Assembly: GCA_023230525.1 (NCBI GenBank)
Contig: JALNXE010000002.1
Coordinates: 8,159-72,158 of the forward strand
Direction: 5' to 3'
DNA from: Desulfobulbaceae bacterium
Lineage (GTDB): Bacteria > Desulfobacterota > Desulfobulbia > Desulfobulbales > SURF-16
DNA length: 64,000 nucleotides
The translations under genes were made by a program, and so were the position numbers. The notes under the pieces were generated by a model. The model was given only the letters and a program-made list of their open reading frames with translations, searched no databases and was not told the DNA's origin. Below, in pieces: positions 44,802 to 54,407 of the stretch (positions within the stretch are counted from its first letter, which is position 1; each line of letters begins with the position of its first letter).

Positions 44802-46196
44802 TCAGCCGGTCAGGGGCAGGGCGATGGTGATCAGCAGGCCGCCGCCCTCAGCGTTGGCGGCGGTCATGCTGCCGCCATGCAGGCGAACGGCCCGTTCGGC
44901 AATGGCCAGGCCGATGCCGGTGCCGCCGCTTTGCCGGTCACGGGCCTCGGCCACCCGGAAAAAGGGTTTGAAGAGATGATGCAGGCACCATTCCGGAGCC
45001 CCGGGTCCGTGGTCGCGCACCGCGATGACGGCGAGCCGGGCTTCCCCTTCCGTGACCGTTGCACAGGAGATCTCTACTTGGGTGTTTTCGCGGGTGTAGC
45101 GCACCGCGTTGCGGATGACATTTTCCAAGGCGCGCCGCAGAAGTTCCCTGGAGCCGTGCATGACTGCCCCGGCAGCACAGCCGGCCGCCAGGGTTACCCG
45201 GCAGTTGCGGCTGCCTGCCTCAAAATCCGCGTCAATGGTGACTGCCCGCAGGAGTTCCGTCAGATCCACGCTGTTTTTTTCCAGCTCCTGCACCCCGGTC
45301 TCCAGGACCGTGAGGGTCATGAGCTGGCCGATCAGTTCATTGAGCCGTTCCGACTCCTTTTCGATGCGGTCAAGGAACTGGCCGGCATTTTCACCGGCCC
45401 GCTGCCGGGCCAGTTCCAGGGCCACATTGAGCCGGGCCAGCGGCGAGCGTAATTCATGGGAGATGTCGCGCAGCAGCCGTTTCTGGGACAGCAGCAGGCC
45501 CTCGATCCGTTCCGCCATGGTGTCGAAATCCCGGCCCAGGTCCGCCACCTCGTTGCCTTTTCCGCCCATCTCCTTGGCGACCCGCACCGAGAAATCACCG
45601 CCGGCAATGCGGTTGGTCGCCTCCCGCAGCTTGCGGATGGGAGCGGTCAGCGAGCGGGCCAGGAAATAACAGACCAGGCCGCCGAAAATGGAGAAGAGCA
45701 GGATATTATCCCAGGGACGATGGCCCATGGGAGGAAACAGCGGACGGGGCGGCTCCGGTATCTTCAGCACGATGACCAGGGGTTGCCCGTCCTGATCGGC
45801 ACCCTGATCAAGGCGCAGGCCAAGCCATTTATCCCCGGGCCCCGGCGGCGGGGGGCGGTTTTCTTCGCCGGACAGGATCCCGGCGGCGGTATCCCTGGCC
45901 GCGTCCGGGGCCGTCTGACCGGAAAGGGGATTGCCCCGGCCGGCAAAGAGATAGATGGCGATGCCGGAATGCTGCTCGATCCCTTCCTCATAAGCGCGCA
46001 ATCCCTGCTGGCCGCCTTTCTGCCAGGCGGCAAGGGCTTGCTCGCCGTACCTGGCCATGGCCTGCATGCTGAAATCGCGCATGCCGGGATAGGGATGCTC
46101 CGGCCGGTTTTTCAGGCCCACGAAATAAAACGGCACGCCCATCAGGATGATGGTCAGCCAGAAACTGAAGAAAATTTTCAGGAATAAACTGCGCAT
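44802..46196 (-). CDS. Sensor histidine kinase (periplasmic sensor + HAMP + HisKA + HATPase; CpxA/BaeS-like)
   Basis: 464-aa ORF. H-box 'ISHELRSPLARL', N-box 'NVIRNAVRY', G-boxes 'DHGPG' and 'GGTGIGLAIA'. Two TM segments. Confidence 0.9.
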   Translation of the reverse strand: MRSLFLKIFFSFWLTIILMGVPFYFVGLKNRPEHPYPGMRDFSMQAMARYGEQALAAWQKGGQQGLRAYEEGIEQHSGIAIYLFAGRGNPLSGQTAPDAARDTAAGILSGEENRPPPPGPGDKWLGLRLDQGADQDGQPLVIVLKIPEPPRPLFPPMGHRPWDNILLFSIFGGLVCYFLARSLTAPIRKLREATNRIAGGDFSVRVAKEMGGKGNEVADLGRDFDTMAERIEGLLLSQKRLLRDISHELRSPLARLNVALELARQRAGENAGQFLDRIEKESERLNELIGQLMTLTVLETGVQELEKNSVDLTELLRAVTIDADFEAGSRNCRVTLAAGCAAGAVMHGSRELLRRALENVIRNAVRYTRENTQVEISCATVTEGEARLAVIAVRDHGPGAPEWCLHHLFKPFFRVAEARDRQSGGTGIGLAIAERAVRLHGGSMTAANAEGGGLLITIALPLTG

Positions 46197-46226
46197 GATC
46201 TCCGTGGGGCCAGCCGTGGCCGGGGT

Positions 46227-46931
46227 TTATGGTGCGGCTTGGGTATAAAGATAGCCCACGCCGCGGATGGTCTTGATTCTTTCCCGGCCCTTGCTCGCAT
46301 GGCCCAGTTTTTTCCGCAGGCTGCTGACATGCACGTCGATGCTGCGGTCAAAGGTGGAAAGTTTGCGGTCCAGCACCTTTTCGGTGAGTTCCTCGCGGCT
46401 GACCACCTGGCCGGCCGTCTTCAACAGCTCGTGGAGCAGGGAAAATTCAACGGTGGTCAGCTCGACGTTGCCGCCATTCTGGACAACGGTTCTGGTGCCG
46501 GGATCAAGACGGATATCGCCGACGGTCAGCTGTTCCGCCCGGGTCTGCTGCCCGGCTTCAAGCCGGCGTGCCTCGCTACGGCGCTGAATGGCCCGGATCC
46601 TGGCCAGCAGCTCCCTGGGATTGAAGGGTTTGGGCAGATAATCGTCAGCCCCCATTTCCAGGCCGATGATCCGGTCAATCTCTTCTCCCCGGGCGGTGAG
46701 CATGAGCACCGGCACGGTGGAGCCTGCGCGGATATGGCGCAGGACATCAAAGCCGTTCATGCCCGGCAGCATCACGTCCAGCACCACCAGATCATGCTCG
46801 CCGGACAGGGCGCAGGCAAGCCCCTGGCGGGCCTGGTGCATGGCCGACACGGCAAACCCTTCCGGCTGCAGATAGTCAATGAGCAGCTCGCACAGCTCCG
46901 TGTCATCATCAATTACCAGTATCCGGTTCAT
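46227..46931 (-). CDS. OmpR-family response regulator (CpxR-like)
   Basis: Start at 'MNRILVIDDD' (alternatives 46940 and 47000). Receiver Asp 'LVVLDVMLPGMNG'. Winged-helix 'IDVHVSSLRKKL...IKTIRGVGY'. Confidence 0.9.
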   Translation of the reverse strand: MNRILVIDDDTELCELLIDYLQPEGFAVSAMHQARQGLACALSGEHDLVVLDVMLPGMNGFDVLRHIRAGSTVPVLMLTARGEEIDRIIGLEMGADDYLPKPFNPRELLARIRAIQRRSEARRLEAGQQTRAEQLTVGDIRLDPGTRTVVQNGGNVELTTVEFSLLHELLKTAGQVVSREELTEKVLDRKLSTFDRSIDVHVSSLRKKLGHASKGRERIKTIRGVGYLYTQAAP

Positions 46932-47401
46932 GGCCAGCATCTTACACCCGAAATGATCAGCGAGGTAATGGGTATTCCGAAACGCCCTGAAATATCTCAT
47001 TTTACTGAGGCATGTTAGAATTTGCTGTTAAGAATTGTAAAGTTTGTTTTCCGGCCGAGGTGCGACTTTGGCGTAACTTATGGGGGTAATAGGCTGATTT
47101 TTCAGGTGTTTCTTTGTGGCCTATTTGGCGATTTGCAACCGAGGTAAATTTTTTTACAGATAAAGGCCGGGGAATACCATGCCTCATTTTTGCCGGATGG
47201 TAGCCCAAGGCAGGATAATCAGAGGTTTTTAACATTGCTGGCAGCGGGAAAAACTATCTGGCAGGGAAATTGCTGTAAGTTTGCAGGATTATGCGGTATG
47301 ACATGAGGCAGGAGAGGTTAAAAAAAACAGGGTGGAGTAATGGTTGCAAGGGTTGCGGCAGACTCCGCGATTTTTATGGAACACAGCAAAGGAGGAGAGC
47401 A

Positions 47402-49198
47402 GTGAGAAAAATATTGTCAAAGTGTCTTATGGGGGCGACAGTCTTCGGGGTGGTGGCAATCCAGGGAACCTGCAGCGCGGCAAATCAGGCCGCCGCCGGG
47501 GACACGTTCAGGACGGGAGAGATCGTCATGGCCGGCACGGCAGCGCAGGTGCCGGGCGGCTATAAAATCAAAAAGGTGCTGCCCAATGCCGGGCTCGTTG
47601 TGCTTGAGGTGGCAAAAGGGCAGGAGGCGCGGCATGTCTCCTTATTGCAAGGCAAGGGGAAAAAATGCGGCTTGAACCTGAAATATCAGGCTTTTTCCAC
47701 CCCGGATGATACGTATTACGGCAGCCAGTGGAATATGCGCATGGTGCAGAGCGAACAGGCCTGGGATATCAGCACCGGGAGAAACGCCACCGTGGCCATT
47801 CTTGACACGGGCCTGAAAACGGCCGGGGCTGAAGATGGCATTGGCTGTACGGAGATCCTGCCGGGCAGCGATATCGTCAACAGTGACAGTGACCCGGAGG
47901 ACGGCGCCGGCCACGGCACCCATGTGGCCGGCACCGTGGCCCAGACAACGGACAACGGCATCGGGGTGGCCGGGCTGGCCTATGGGGCCTGTGTCATGCC
48001 GGTCAAGGTGCTCGATGACAGCGGCGCAGGCACCTCGGCGGATATTGCCGAGGGCGTGGCCTTTGCCGTGGCCAAGGGGGCCTCGGTCATCAACATGAGC
48101 CTGGGCTGGAGCGCCAAGTCGCGGGTCACCACGGATCCGGTCCTTGATCCGGCCCTGGCCGCCGCCCATGCCGACGGGGTCACCATTGTCTGCGCTGCCG
48201 GCAATGAAGGCTGGAGCAAAAATGTGAGTTATCCGGCCATTTCTCCCTACACCATCGCCGTAGGGGCGGTTGATATCAACGGCACGGTGGCCTCCTATTC
48301 CAACGGCGGCACCGGCCTTGACCTGGTGGCCCCGGGGGGAGGGAACACGGTTGCCGGAGACGGGATCCTGCAGGAAACCTTTGATGACAGCGGCTGGAAC
48401 TACTTCTTTTACAGCGGCACCTCCATGGCCACCCCCCATGTCGCTGCGGCCGCGGCCATGCTCTATGCCAAAGATCCCTCCATCACCCCTGAAGAAGTGC
48501 TCGCCGCGCTTACCGCTACCGCCAAGGATCTCGGCTCCGCCGGCTATGACAGTGCTTACGGTCATGGCCTGCTGCAGGTCTATGATGCGCTTAACGCTGT
48601 CGGGGAGTGTCTTGATGCCGACGGAGATACCTGGACCACCTGCAGCGGGGACTGCAATGATGGCAGCAGCGCCGTTTTTCCGGGTGCCGAAGAGGCATGC
48701 GGCGACGGGATCGACAACAACTGCAACGGCGTCATTGACGAAGGCTGCGAGGTATGTACTGATAATGACGTAGACGGCCTGACCACCTGCGACGGGGACT
48801 GTGATGACCACAACAGCTCTGTCTATCTTGGTGCCCCGGAACTCTGCGGCGACGGGATCGACAACAATTGCGACGGCGTCATTGACGAAGGCTGCGAGGT
48901 ATGTACTGATAATGACGTAGACGGCCTGACCACCTGTGACGGGGACTGTGATGACCGCAACAGCTCTGTCTATCTTGGTGCCCCGGAACTATGCGGCGAC
49001 GGGCTCGACAACAACTGCGACGGCGTTATTGACGAAGGCTGCGAGGCCTGCACCGACAATGACGGGGATACCTGGACCAGTTGTGAAGGTGATTGTGACG
49101 ACGACAACTACTATATCAATCCCGGCCGGCCGGATAGCTCGGGACGCTGGAGCAGGGATGGCGTTGACAACGACTGCGACGGTTTGATCGATAAGTAA
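47402..49198 (+). CDS. Secreted subtilisin-family serine protease (S8) with four C-terminal Cys-rich repeats
   Basis: GTG start preceded by AGGAGG (track ORF begins at 47291). Signal peptide 'LMGATVFGVVAIQGTCSA'. Catalytic triad regions 'AILDTG', 'HGTHVAG' and 'GTSMATPHV'. Confidence 0.85.
   Translation: MRKILSKCLMGATVFGVVAIQGTCSAANQAAAGDTFRTGEIVMAGTAAQVPGGYKIKKVLPNAGLVVLEVAKGQEARHVSLLQGKGKKCGLNLKYQAFSTPDDTYYGSQWNMRMVQSEQAWDISTGRNATVAILDTGLKTAGAEDGIGCTEILPGSDIVNSDSDPEDGAGHGTHVAGTVAQTTDNGIGVAGLAYGACVMPVKVLDDSGAGTSADIAEGVAFAVAKGASVINMSLGWSAKSRVTTDPVLDPALAAAHADGVTIVCAAGNEGWSKNVSYPAISPYTIAVGAVDINGTVASYSNGGTGLDLVAPGGGNTVAGDGILQETFDDSGWNYFFYSGTSMATPHVAAAAAMLYAKDPSITPEEVLAALTATAKDLGSAGYDSAYGHGLLQVYDALNAVGECLDADGDTWTTCSGDCNDGSSAVFPGAEEACGDGIDNNCNGVIDEGCEVCTDNDVDGLTTCDGDCDDHNSSVYLGAPELCGDGIDNNCDGVIDEGCEVCTDNDVDGLTTCDGDCDDRNSSVYLGAPELCGDGLDNNCDGVIDEGCEACTDNDGDTWTSCEGDCDDDNYYINPGRPDSSGRWSRDGVDNDCDGLIDK
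48740..49033 (+). repeat. Two near-identical 147-bp tandem repeats inside the S8 protease gene
   Basis: Units 48740-48886 and 48887-49033 differ at only a handful of positions. Each encodes 'CTDNDVDGLTTCDGDCDD(H/R)NSSVYLGAPELCGDG(I/L)DNNCDGVIDEGCE(V/A)'. Confidence 0.85.
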
Positions 49199-49232
49199 GA
49201 TGTAAAAAAAGATGTAAAAAAAAACTAAACCC

Positions 49233-49276
49233 ATTACAGGCGTAGAATCGCATGATTCCACGCCTGTAATTTTTTA
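49233..49276 (+). terminator. Rho-independent terminator of the S8 protease gene
   Basis: ATTACAGGCG / CGCCTGTAAT 10-bp stem with an 18-nt loop, followed by TTTTTT. Confidence 0.7.
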
Positions 49277-49495
49277 TGGCGAAGTCATGGTATTTCCGGG
49301 CCGGCAGACAAACAAGACCGGGACAGCTTGCCTTCTTGTGGGGAAATGGTCGTTTGCCCTGAAAAGCACGGCAGCAGAACAATAACAATTTGACATGAGG
49401 AGTGCGGCAGGCATAAAAGATAGACAGGGGGTTGTTCTGGACAATGGCGTCCGTCATGCCCCCCTTTCCCTGATCCGGAGATTTCTTCAGAACAT

Positions 49496-52249
49496 ATGCA
49501 GAACAATCGGAATGCTCTTGCCTCTTATGTATTTCTCGTCATCGGCGGCCTTATTTTCGGGGCAGTTGCCGGGGACTCCTCCGGACCGGTTTTCGGTGCG
49601 TTTCTCGGCTATCTGCTGGCCGACAACATGTGGCTCAAAAGACGGCTGGATGGGCTGGAACGGAGATCCGTTTTCCCCCGGGCAGACAAAATAGCCGCCG
49701 CCGTGGCAGACCAGCCGGCCGCGGGCGATGATTTTGATAATGCAGCTATTGCAACAACTTCCGCTGCGGCAGAGACCGCGTCCCTGGCCACGGAGGACTC
49801 TCGGGTCAGGGACGCGGTTGCCCGCCCTTCCTTTACCAGTCCTTCGGAAATCTGGAAAACCGGAGAGCAGCAGGTTCCGCAGGCTGCCCCTGCAAAAACA
49901 GGCGGGGGTGAGGAAATTTTTTACAGAATTTTCGTTGCCGCCAAAAACTTTTTCACCACCGGCAATATCATTCTCAAGATCGGTTTGATCGTGCTTTTCT
50001 TCGGAGTTTCCTTCCTGTTGAAATATGCGGCCCAGAGAAATTTTGTGCCCATCGAGCTGCGCCTGACCGCGGTCTGTCTGGGAGGGCTTGCCATGCTGGC
50101 CATCGGCTGGCGTCTCCGCCTGCAACGGCAGTTTTACGGACTCCTGCTGCAGGGCGGCGGGGTCGGCATCCTCTATCTCACGGTGTTTGCCGCCGCCAAG
50201 CTCTATCACCTGCTCCCTTTTGTCTTGGCCTTTGGCGTCATGCTGGGCATCGTCCTGCTGGCCGGCGCCCTGGCCGTGCTGCAGGATGAAAAATGGCTGG
50301 CCATGGCCGGCTCAACCGGCGGATTTCTCGCCCCGGTTCTGCTTTCCACCGGCAGCGGCAGTCATGTGGCTCTCTTTTCCTATTACCTGCTCCTCAACCT
50401 GGGCATTCTCGGCATCGCCTGGTTCAAGACCTGGCGTCTGCTCAACCTGCTCGGCTTTGTTTTCACCTATGTCATCAGCGCCATGTGGGGCCTGAAATTT
50501 TATCAACCCGCCTATTTCGCTTCAGTGGAACCCTTTCTGCTTGTCTCCTTTCTGCTCTATGCCGGGGTATCGATTCTTTTTGCCCTGAAACAGCCGGTGG
50601 AGCTCAAAGGTTATATCGACCCGCCTCTGGTCTTCGGTCTGCCCATCATCACCTTTGCCATGCAATACGGCCTGGTGCATGATACGGAATTTGGTCTGGC
50701 GCTCAGCGCCGTGGGGTTCGGCATCTTTTACCTGCTTTGCGCCCTGCTGCTCTGGCGCCGCCATCAGGCCATGGGCATGCTGGTGGAGATCTATCTCTCC
50801 TTTGGCGTGGTCTTCGGCAGTCTGGCGATTCCCCTGGCCCTGGACGGCTACTGGATCACCGCGGCCTGGGCGCTGGAGGGCGCCGCCCTGATCTGGGTGG
50901 GCGTCCGCCAGAGCCGGATCAGGGCCAGAGTTTTCGGCATCCTGCTGCAGGTTGGCGCAGGCCTCAGTTTTCTTGAAGCCCTCAACGGCCAGGCGGGAAC
51001 CCTGCCGGGGTTAAACGGCATTTTCCTGAGCAGCCTGTTGCTTGCCATGGCCGGTCTTTTTTCCTCTTATTATCTGGACACCAAGGGGGAGAATATCCGG
51101 TCCTGGGAGAGGCAGCTGGTCATTCCCCTGCTGCTCTGGGGTTTATGCTGGTGGTTCGGCGGAGGAACCAGGGAAATCGATCATTTTGCCCGGTCAGCCG
51201 ACAAGATGCACATTTTTCTGCTGTTTATCTGCGCCAGCTCTCTGCTGATGGGTTTTACCGCCCGCAAACTGGCCTGGCGCCTGCTGGCTTATCCTCCCGT
51301 AGCTCTGCTGCCGCTGCTGGCCGTTCTCAGTTTTAATTCCCCTTTTGGGGAGGTCATCCTCCCCCATCTCTTTGCCGGCTGGGGTGCCCTGGCCTGGACG
51401 GTTGCCCTGGCCGGACAATATATCCTGCTGCGCATTTCGGAAAACAAATGGCCGCTGAAGGTGGTGAATTTTTACCACCAGCTCTCCTTTTGGCTCATCC
51501 TTTATATCCTGAGCGCGGAGAGCGCCTGGTTCATCGGGCAAACCCTGGGCGGCAGAGTCTGGTCCTTTCTCTGCTGGGGGGTGGTGCCGGCCGCCGGCAT
51601 CTTGCTGCTGGGAGGGGTGGGAAGAAAACTTGCCTGGCCGGTCCGCCGTTTCGAGCAAGCATACCTGGTTACCGGTTCCGCCGTTGTGGTCGCCTATCTC
51701 TGCTGCTGGTGCCTGGCCAGCCTGCTGCAATCCGGTGATCCGGCTCCGCTTCCCTTTCTGCCGCTGATCAACCCCCTGGAGGTCTTTCAGGTTGTCGTGC
51801 TGCTGGTCAGTCTGCAATGGGCCGTGCAGCATCGCCTCTGGCTGGCGGATCAGCTGCGCGGCAGGATAAGCCAGCCCATCCTGTATGTCGCCGGAGCCAT
51901 CATTTTTCTCTGGCTTAATGCGGCGGTGGCGCGCACGGTTCATTTTTTTGCGGGGGTTCCCTATCTGGCGGTTAATCTTTTTCATTCCACCGTTTTTCAG
52001 GCCGCGATCTCCATTCTCTGGGGCCTATCCGCTCTTTCCATCATGGTTTTGTCCACCAGAAAAATGAACCGGCATATCTGGATGCTGGGAGGCGGGCTGC
52101 TGGGACTGGTGGTTGTAAAGCTTTTCCTGGTCGATCTTTCCGGCACCGGCACCATCGGCAGAATCGTCTCATTTCTGGTGGTTGGCCTGCTGATGCTGCT
52201 GATCGGCTATTTTTCTCCCCTGCCGCCGAAACAGGAGCAGAGCGCATGA
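49496..52249 (+). CDS. Large polytopic membrane protein (DUF2339-like)
   Basis: 917-aa ORF. Short soluble N-terminal region followed by more than 20 hydrophobic segments. Family label is from memory of the DUF2339/DUF3999 gene pair and is unverified. Confidence 0.75.
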   Translation: MQNNRNALASYVFLVIGGLIFGAVAGDSSGPVFGAFLGYLLADNMWLKRRLDGLERRSVFPRADKIAAAVADQPAAGDDFDNAAIATTSAAAETASLATEDSRVRDAVARPSFTSPSEIWKTGEQQVPQAAPAKTGGGEEIFYRIFVAAKNFFTTGNIILKIGLIVLFFGVSFLLKYAAQRNFVPIELRLTAVCLGGLAMLAIGWRLRLQRQFYGLLLQGGGVGILYLTVFAAAKLYHLLPFVLAFGVMLGIVLLAGALAVLQDEKWLAMAGSTGGFLAPVLLSTGSGSHVALFSYYLLLNLGILGIAWFKTWRLLNLLGFVFTYVISAMWGLKFYQPAYFASVEPFLLVSFLLYAGVSILFALKQPVELKGYIDPPLVFGLPIITFAMQYGLVHDTEFGLALSAVGFGIFYLLCALLLWRRHQAMGMLVEIYLSFGVVFGSLAIPLALDGYWITAAWALEGAALIWVGVRQSRIRARVFGILLQVGAGLSFLEALNGQAGTLPGLNGIFLSSLLLAMAGLFSSYYLDTKGENIRSWERQLVIPLLLWGLCWWFGGGTREIDHFARSADKMHIFLLFICASSLLMGFTARKLAWRLLAYPPVALLPLLAVLSFNSPFGEVILPHLFAGWGALAWTVALAGQYILLRISENKWPLKVVNFYHQLSFWLILYILSAESAWFIGQTLGGRVWSFLCWGVVPAAGILLLGGVGRKLAWPVRRFEQAYLVTGSAVVVAYLCCWCLASLLQSGDPAPLPFLPLINPLEVFQVVVLLVSLQWAVQHRLWLADQLRGRISQPILYVAGAIIFLWLNAAVARTVHFFAGVPYLAVNLFHSTVFQAAISILWGLSALSIMVLSTRKMNRHIWMLGGGLLGLVVVKLFLVDLSGTGTIGRIVSFLVVGLLMLLIGYFSPLPPKQEQSA

Positions 52250-53674
52250 AGATATCAGTGGTGCTGGTTGCCTTGCTGTTACTGGGGCAGACCGCCGGAG
52301 CCGGAACATGGACCAGGGAGGATTTTGCCCAGGGCTTTGATCTGGAATTCCGGCCCACCGGAGCGGTCCACAGTCTGCTGTTGCCGGAGAAGATCTATAC
52401 CACCGTCGTCCATCCGGATCTTGCCGATCTCCGGGTCTTTAACGGCGCAGGCAACGCCGTTCCCCACCTGCTCAGAATTGAACAGCAGGAGCCGCCGCAG
52501 ATCGTCCGGCAAGACGATGTGCCTTTTTCCCTCTCTCTATGATCCGCTGCCGGGCGATACGGTGCGCCAGATCGAAACCAGGATTGCCAGAGGCGCAGAA
52601 GGAGCAGGCAAAGCGCCTGTCGCCATCACGCAGTCGATTCGGGACAAAAAGGAGGTAACGCGGCAGCTGAGCGGTTATCTGCTTGATATGTCAGCCATCA
52701 CCACCACCCCTTTCCGTCTGCAGTTGACCATCAGCGGTGCGAGCGATTTCCTGACCACCGTGACGCTGGAGGGCAGCGACGATCTCACCGGTTGGTCTTA
52801 TATCAATCGGGAGACTCTGGCGCGGCTCAACTTCCACGGACATCTGATTGAAAAAAATGCAGACAGCCTCATCCAGCGGGGGAAAAGGTATATCAGGCTC
52901 AGTTGGCCGGCTGGGGAGCAAAACCTGATCATTGACAGAATCCGGGCCGTATCATACAGCAGTGTCCAGCCGCCGGTCCGCAACTGGACCGCACTGCAGC
53001 CGGCTTTGCCCGAAAAACAACCGGCTGCCGACAGGATTGTGCTGGAATACGACAGCAAAGGTTTCCTGCCGGTGGACACCATCCGGGTTGGCTTGGCCGG
53101 GGGCAATAACCTGATCCAGGGGGTGATAAAATCCCGCCCTGACCGCGAGGCAACCTGGCGCTTCAGAGGGCAGGGGACCTTTTATCGCCTGCAGCAGGAA
53201 GGGGTGGCCCTGGGCAATGATACCATCTCCGTGCCGATGACCACCGACCGCTACTGGCAACTGGAGATTGCGGCAGAGGGAGGCGCGTTTCCCAGGGATT
53301 TGCTGCCTCAGCTCAAGTTGGGCTGGCGTCCCCACACACTCTATTTCCTTGACCAGGGCGAGGGGCCCTACATTCTTGCCTTTGGCAATGGGCGCATGGG
53401 ATCGGCCAGTGGAAGTCCGGAAAACGGACTGAAAGACCTGCTGCAAGACATCGCCCAGCAAAAGACAATCATCCAGACGGCCCTGATCGGCAAAGAAATT
53501 GCGCTGGGCGGCCCGCAGATGCTTATTGCTCTTCCCCCGCCGCCACCCTGGAGAAAATGGCTTCTTTGGGGGGTACTGATCAGCGGGGTGATGCTGATCG
53601 GCGGCATGGCCTACAGTCTTTATTGCCAGATGCGCTCCGCCAGGGTCTCCGACAAAGCGGACAAGGGGGCCTGA
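52246..53674 (+). pseudogene. DUF3999-like exported protein, reading frame interrupted (frameshift near 52524-52540)
   Basis: The signal-peptide ORF (52246-52542, 'MKISVVLVALLLLGQTAGAG') stops at a T5/CT-rich tract. The body continues in the next frame (track ORF 52268-53674) to a C-terminal TM segment. The ATGA overlap with the upstream gene supports 52246 as the true start. Confidence 0.6.
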
Positions 53675-53749
53675 CCTCGGCCCTCATTCGGAACCCCGCC
53701 TCACTGCCCATCAGGATTCCCGGCATGCCCCCTGATGTTGCCGGGCCCT

Positions 53750-54061
53750 CTACTTCCTGATGCCCATTTTCCCCATGATCTCTTCCACCTCGCCTGCGCC
53801 GTGGTCGTAAAAGCCCTGCTCATCCGGGGCCAGATGGTGGAGCAGCCTGAGGAATTCGCCGGCGTGTTCCCGCTCCTCATCGGCGATGTCCTTGAGCACC
53901 GCTTTGGCCAGGGCGTTGTCCGTGCTTTCGGCAAGCTGCATATAAAGCTGGATGGCCTCGTACTCGGCGGCCACCATGAAACGGATGGAGCGGATAAGCT
54001 CCTCATCAGTGAGTTTGCGGCCATGGGCAAGGCCTGAAAAGGGATTTCCGAATTCTGGCAT
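53750..54061 (-). CDS. Small ferritin-like di-iron protein of the encapsulated-ferritin (EncFtn/Flp) type
   Basis: 103-aa ORF. 'AAEYEAIQLY...DEEREHAGEF' gives Glu/Tyr/Glu/His spacing (E, +7 Y, +30 E, +33 H) equal to the EncFtn ferroxidase ligands as I recall them. C-terminus 'GKMGIRK'. Confidence 0.7.
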   Translation of the reverse strand: MPEFGNPFSGLAHGRKLTDEELIRSIRFMVAAEYEAIQLYMQLAESTDNALAKAVLKDIADEEREHAGEFLRLLHHLAPDEQGFYDHGAGEVEEIMGKMGIRK

Positions 54062-54250
54062 GATGCTTCTCCTTTTTTTTGCGAAAGGTTTCGTATTTTG
54101 GGCGCGATATGTTCAGCCCGCCGGATCGAGCAACCGGGGCGGGCATGATGTTGAGGGTTTTTCCTGCAAGAAAACCAGTCAGTTCAGCTAAGCCGGTGTA
54201 ACAAAATAATGTCCTCATCCGGCTTGTAAAACGGCAGAAGGAGCCGTAAC

Positions 54251-54298
54251 GAAATGGGTCAGAAAGCCGGGGTTTTTTCGTAACGGCTTCTAAAATCG
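54251..54298. repeat. Hairpin repeat, family 2, copy 2
   Basis: GAGCCGTAACGAAA (54251-54264) / TTTCGTAACGGCT (54286-54298) with the same central A-A mismatch. Preceded by AAACGGCAGAAG, as in copy 1. Confidence 0.55.
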
Positions 54299-54407
54299 AA
54301 TTCAGCTTAATACGAGGTCCAGAGCAAGGTCAAGATGAAATGTCAGGCTGGAGCCTGACACAGGAGAGGGAAAGCGGGACAATAATAAGGTTGTTCCGTG
54401 ACGGCCC

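Noticed and set aside
48608-49195. Regularly spaced near-identical repeats that could superficially look like a CRISPR array.
   Set aside because: They are in-frame coding repeats of 147 bp within the S8 protease gene, with no spacer/repeat alternation. No CRISPR array is present in the window.
52246-53674. Treating 52246-52542 and 52268-53674 as two independent overlapping genes, or as programmed frameshifting.
   Set aside because: The second ORF's N-terminal part overlaps the first almost completely and lacks its own RBS or signal peptide. A simple frameshift (an error or a mutation) is more parsimonious. Programmed frameshifting cannot be supported from the sequence alone.
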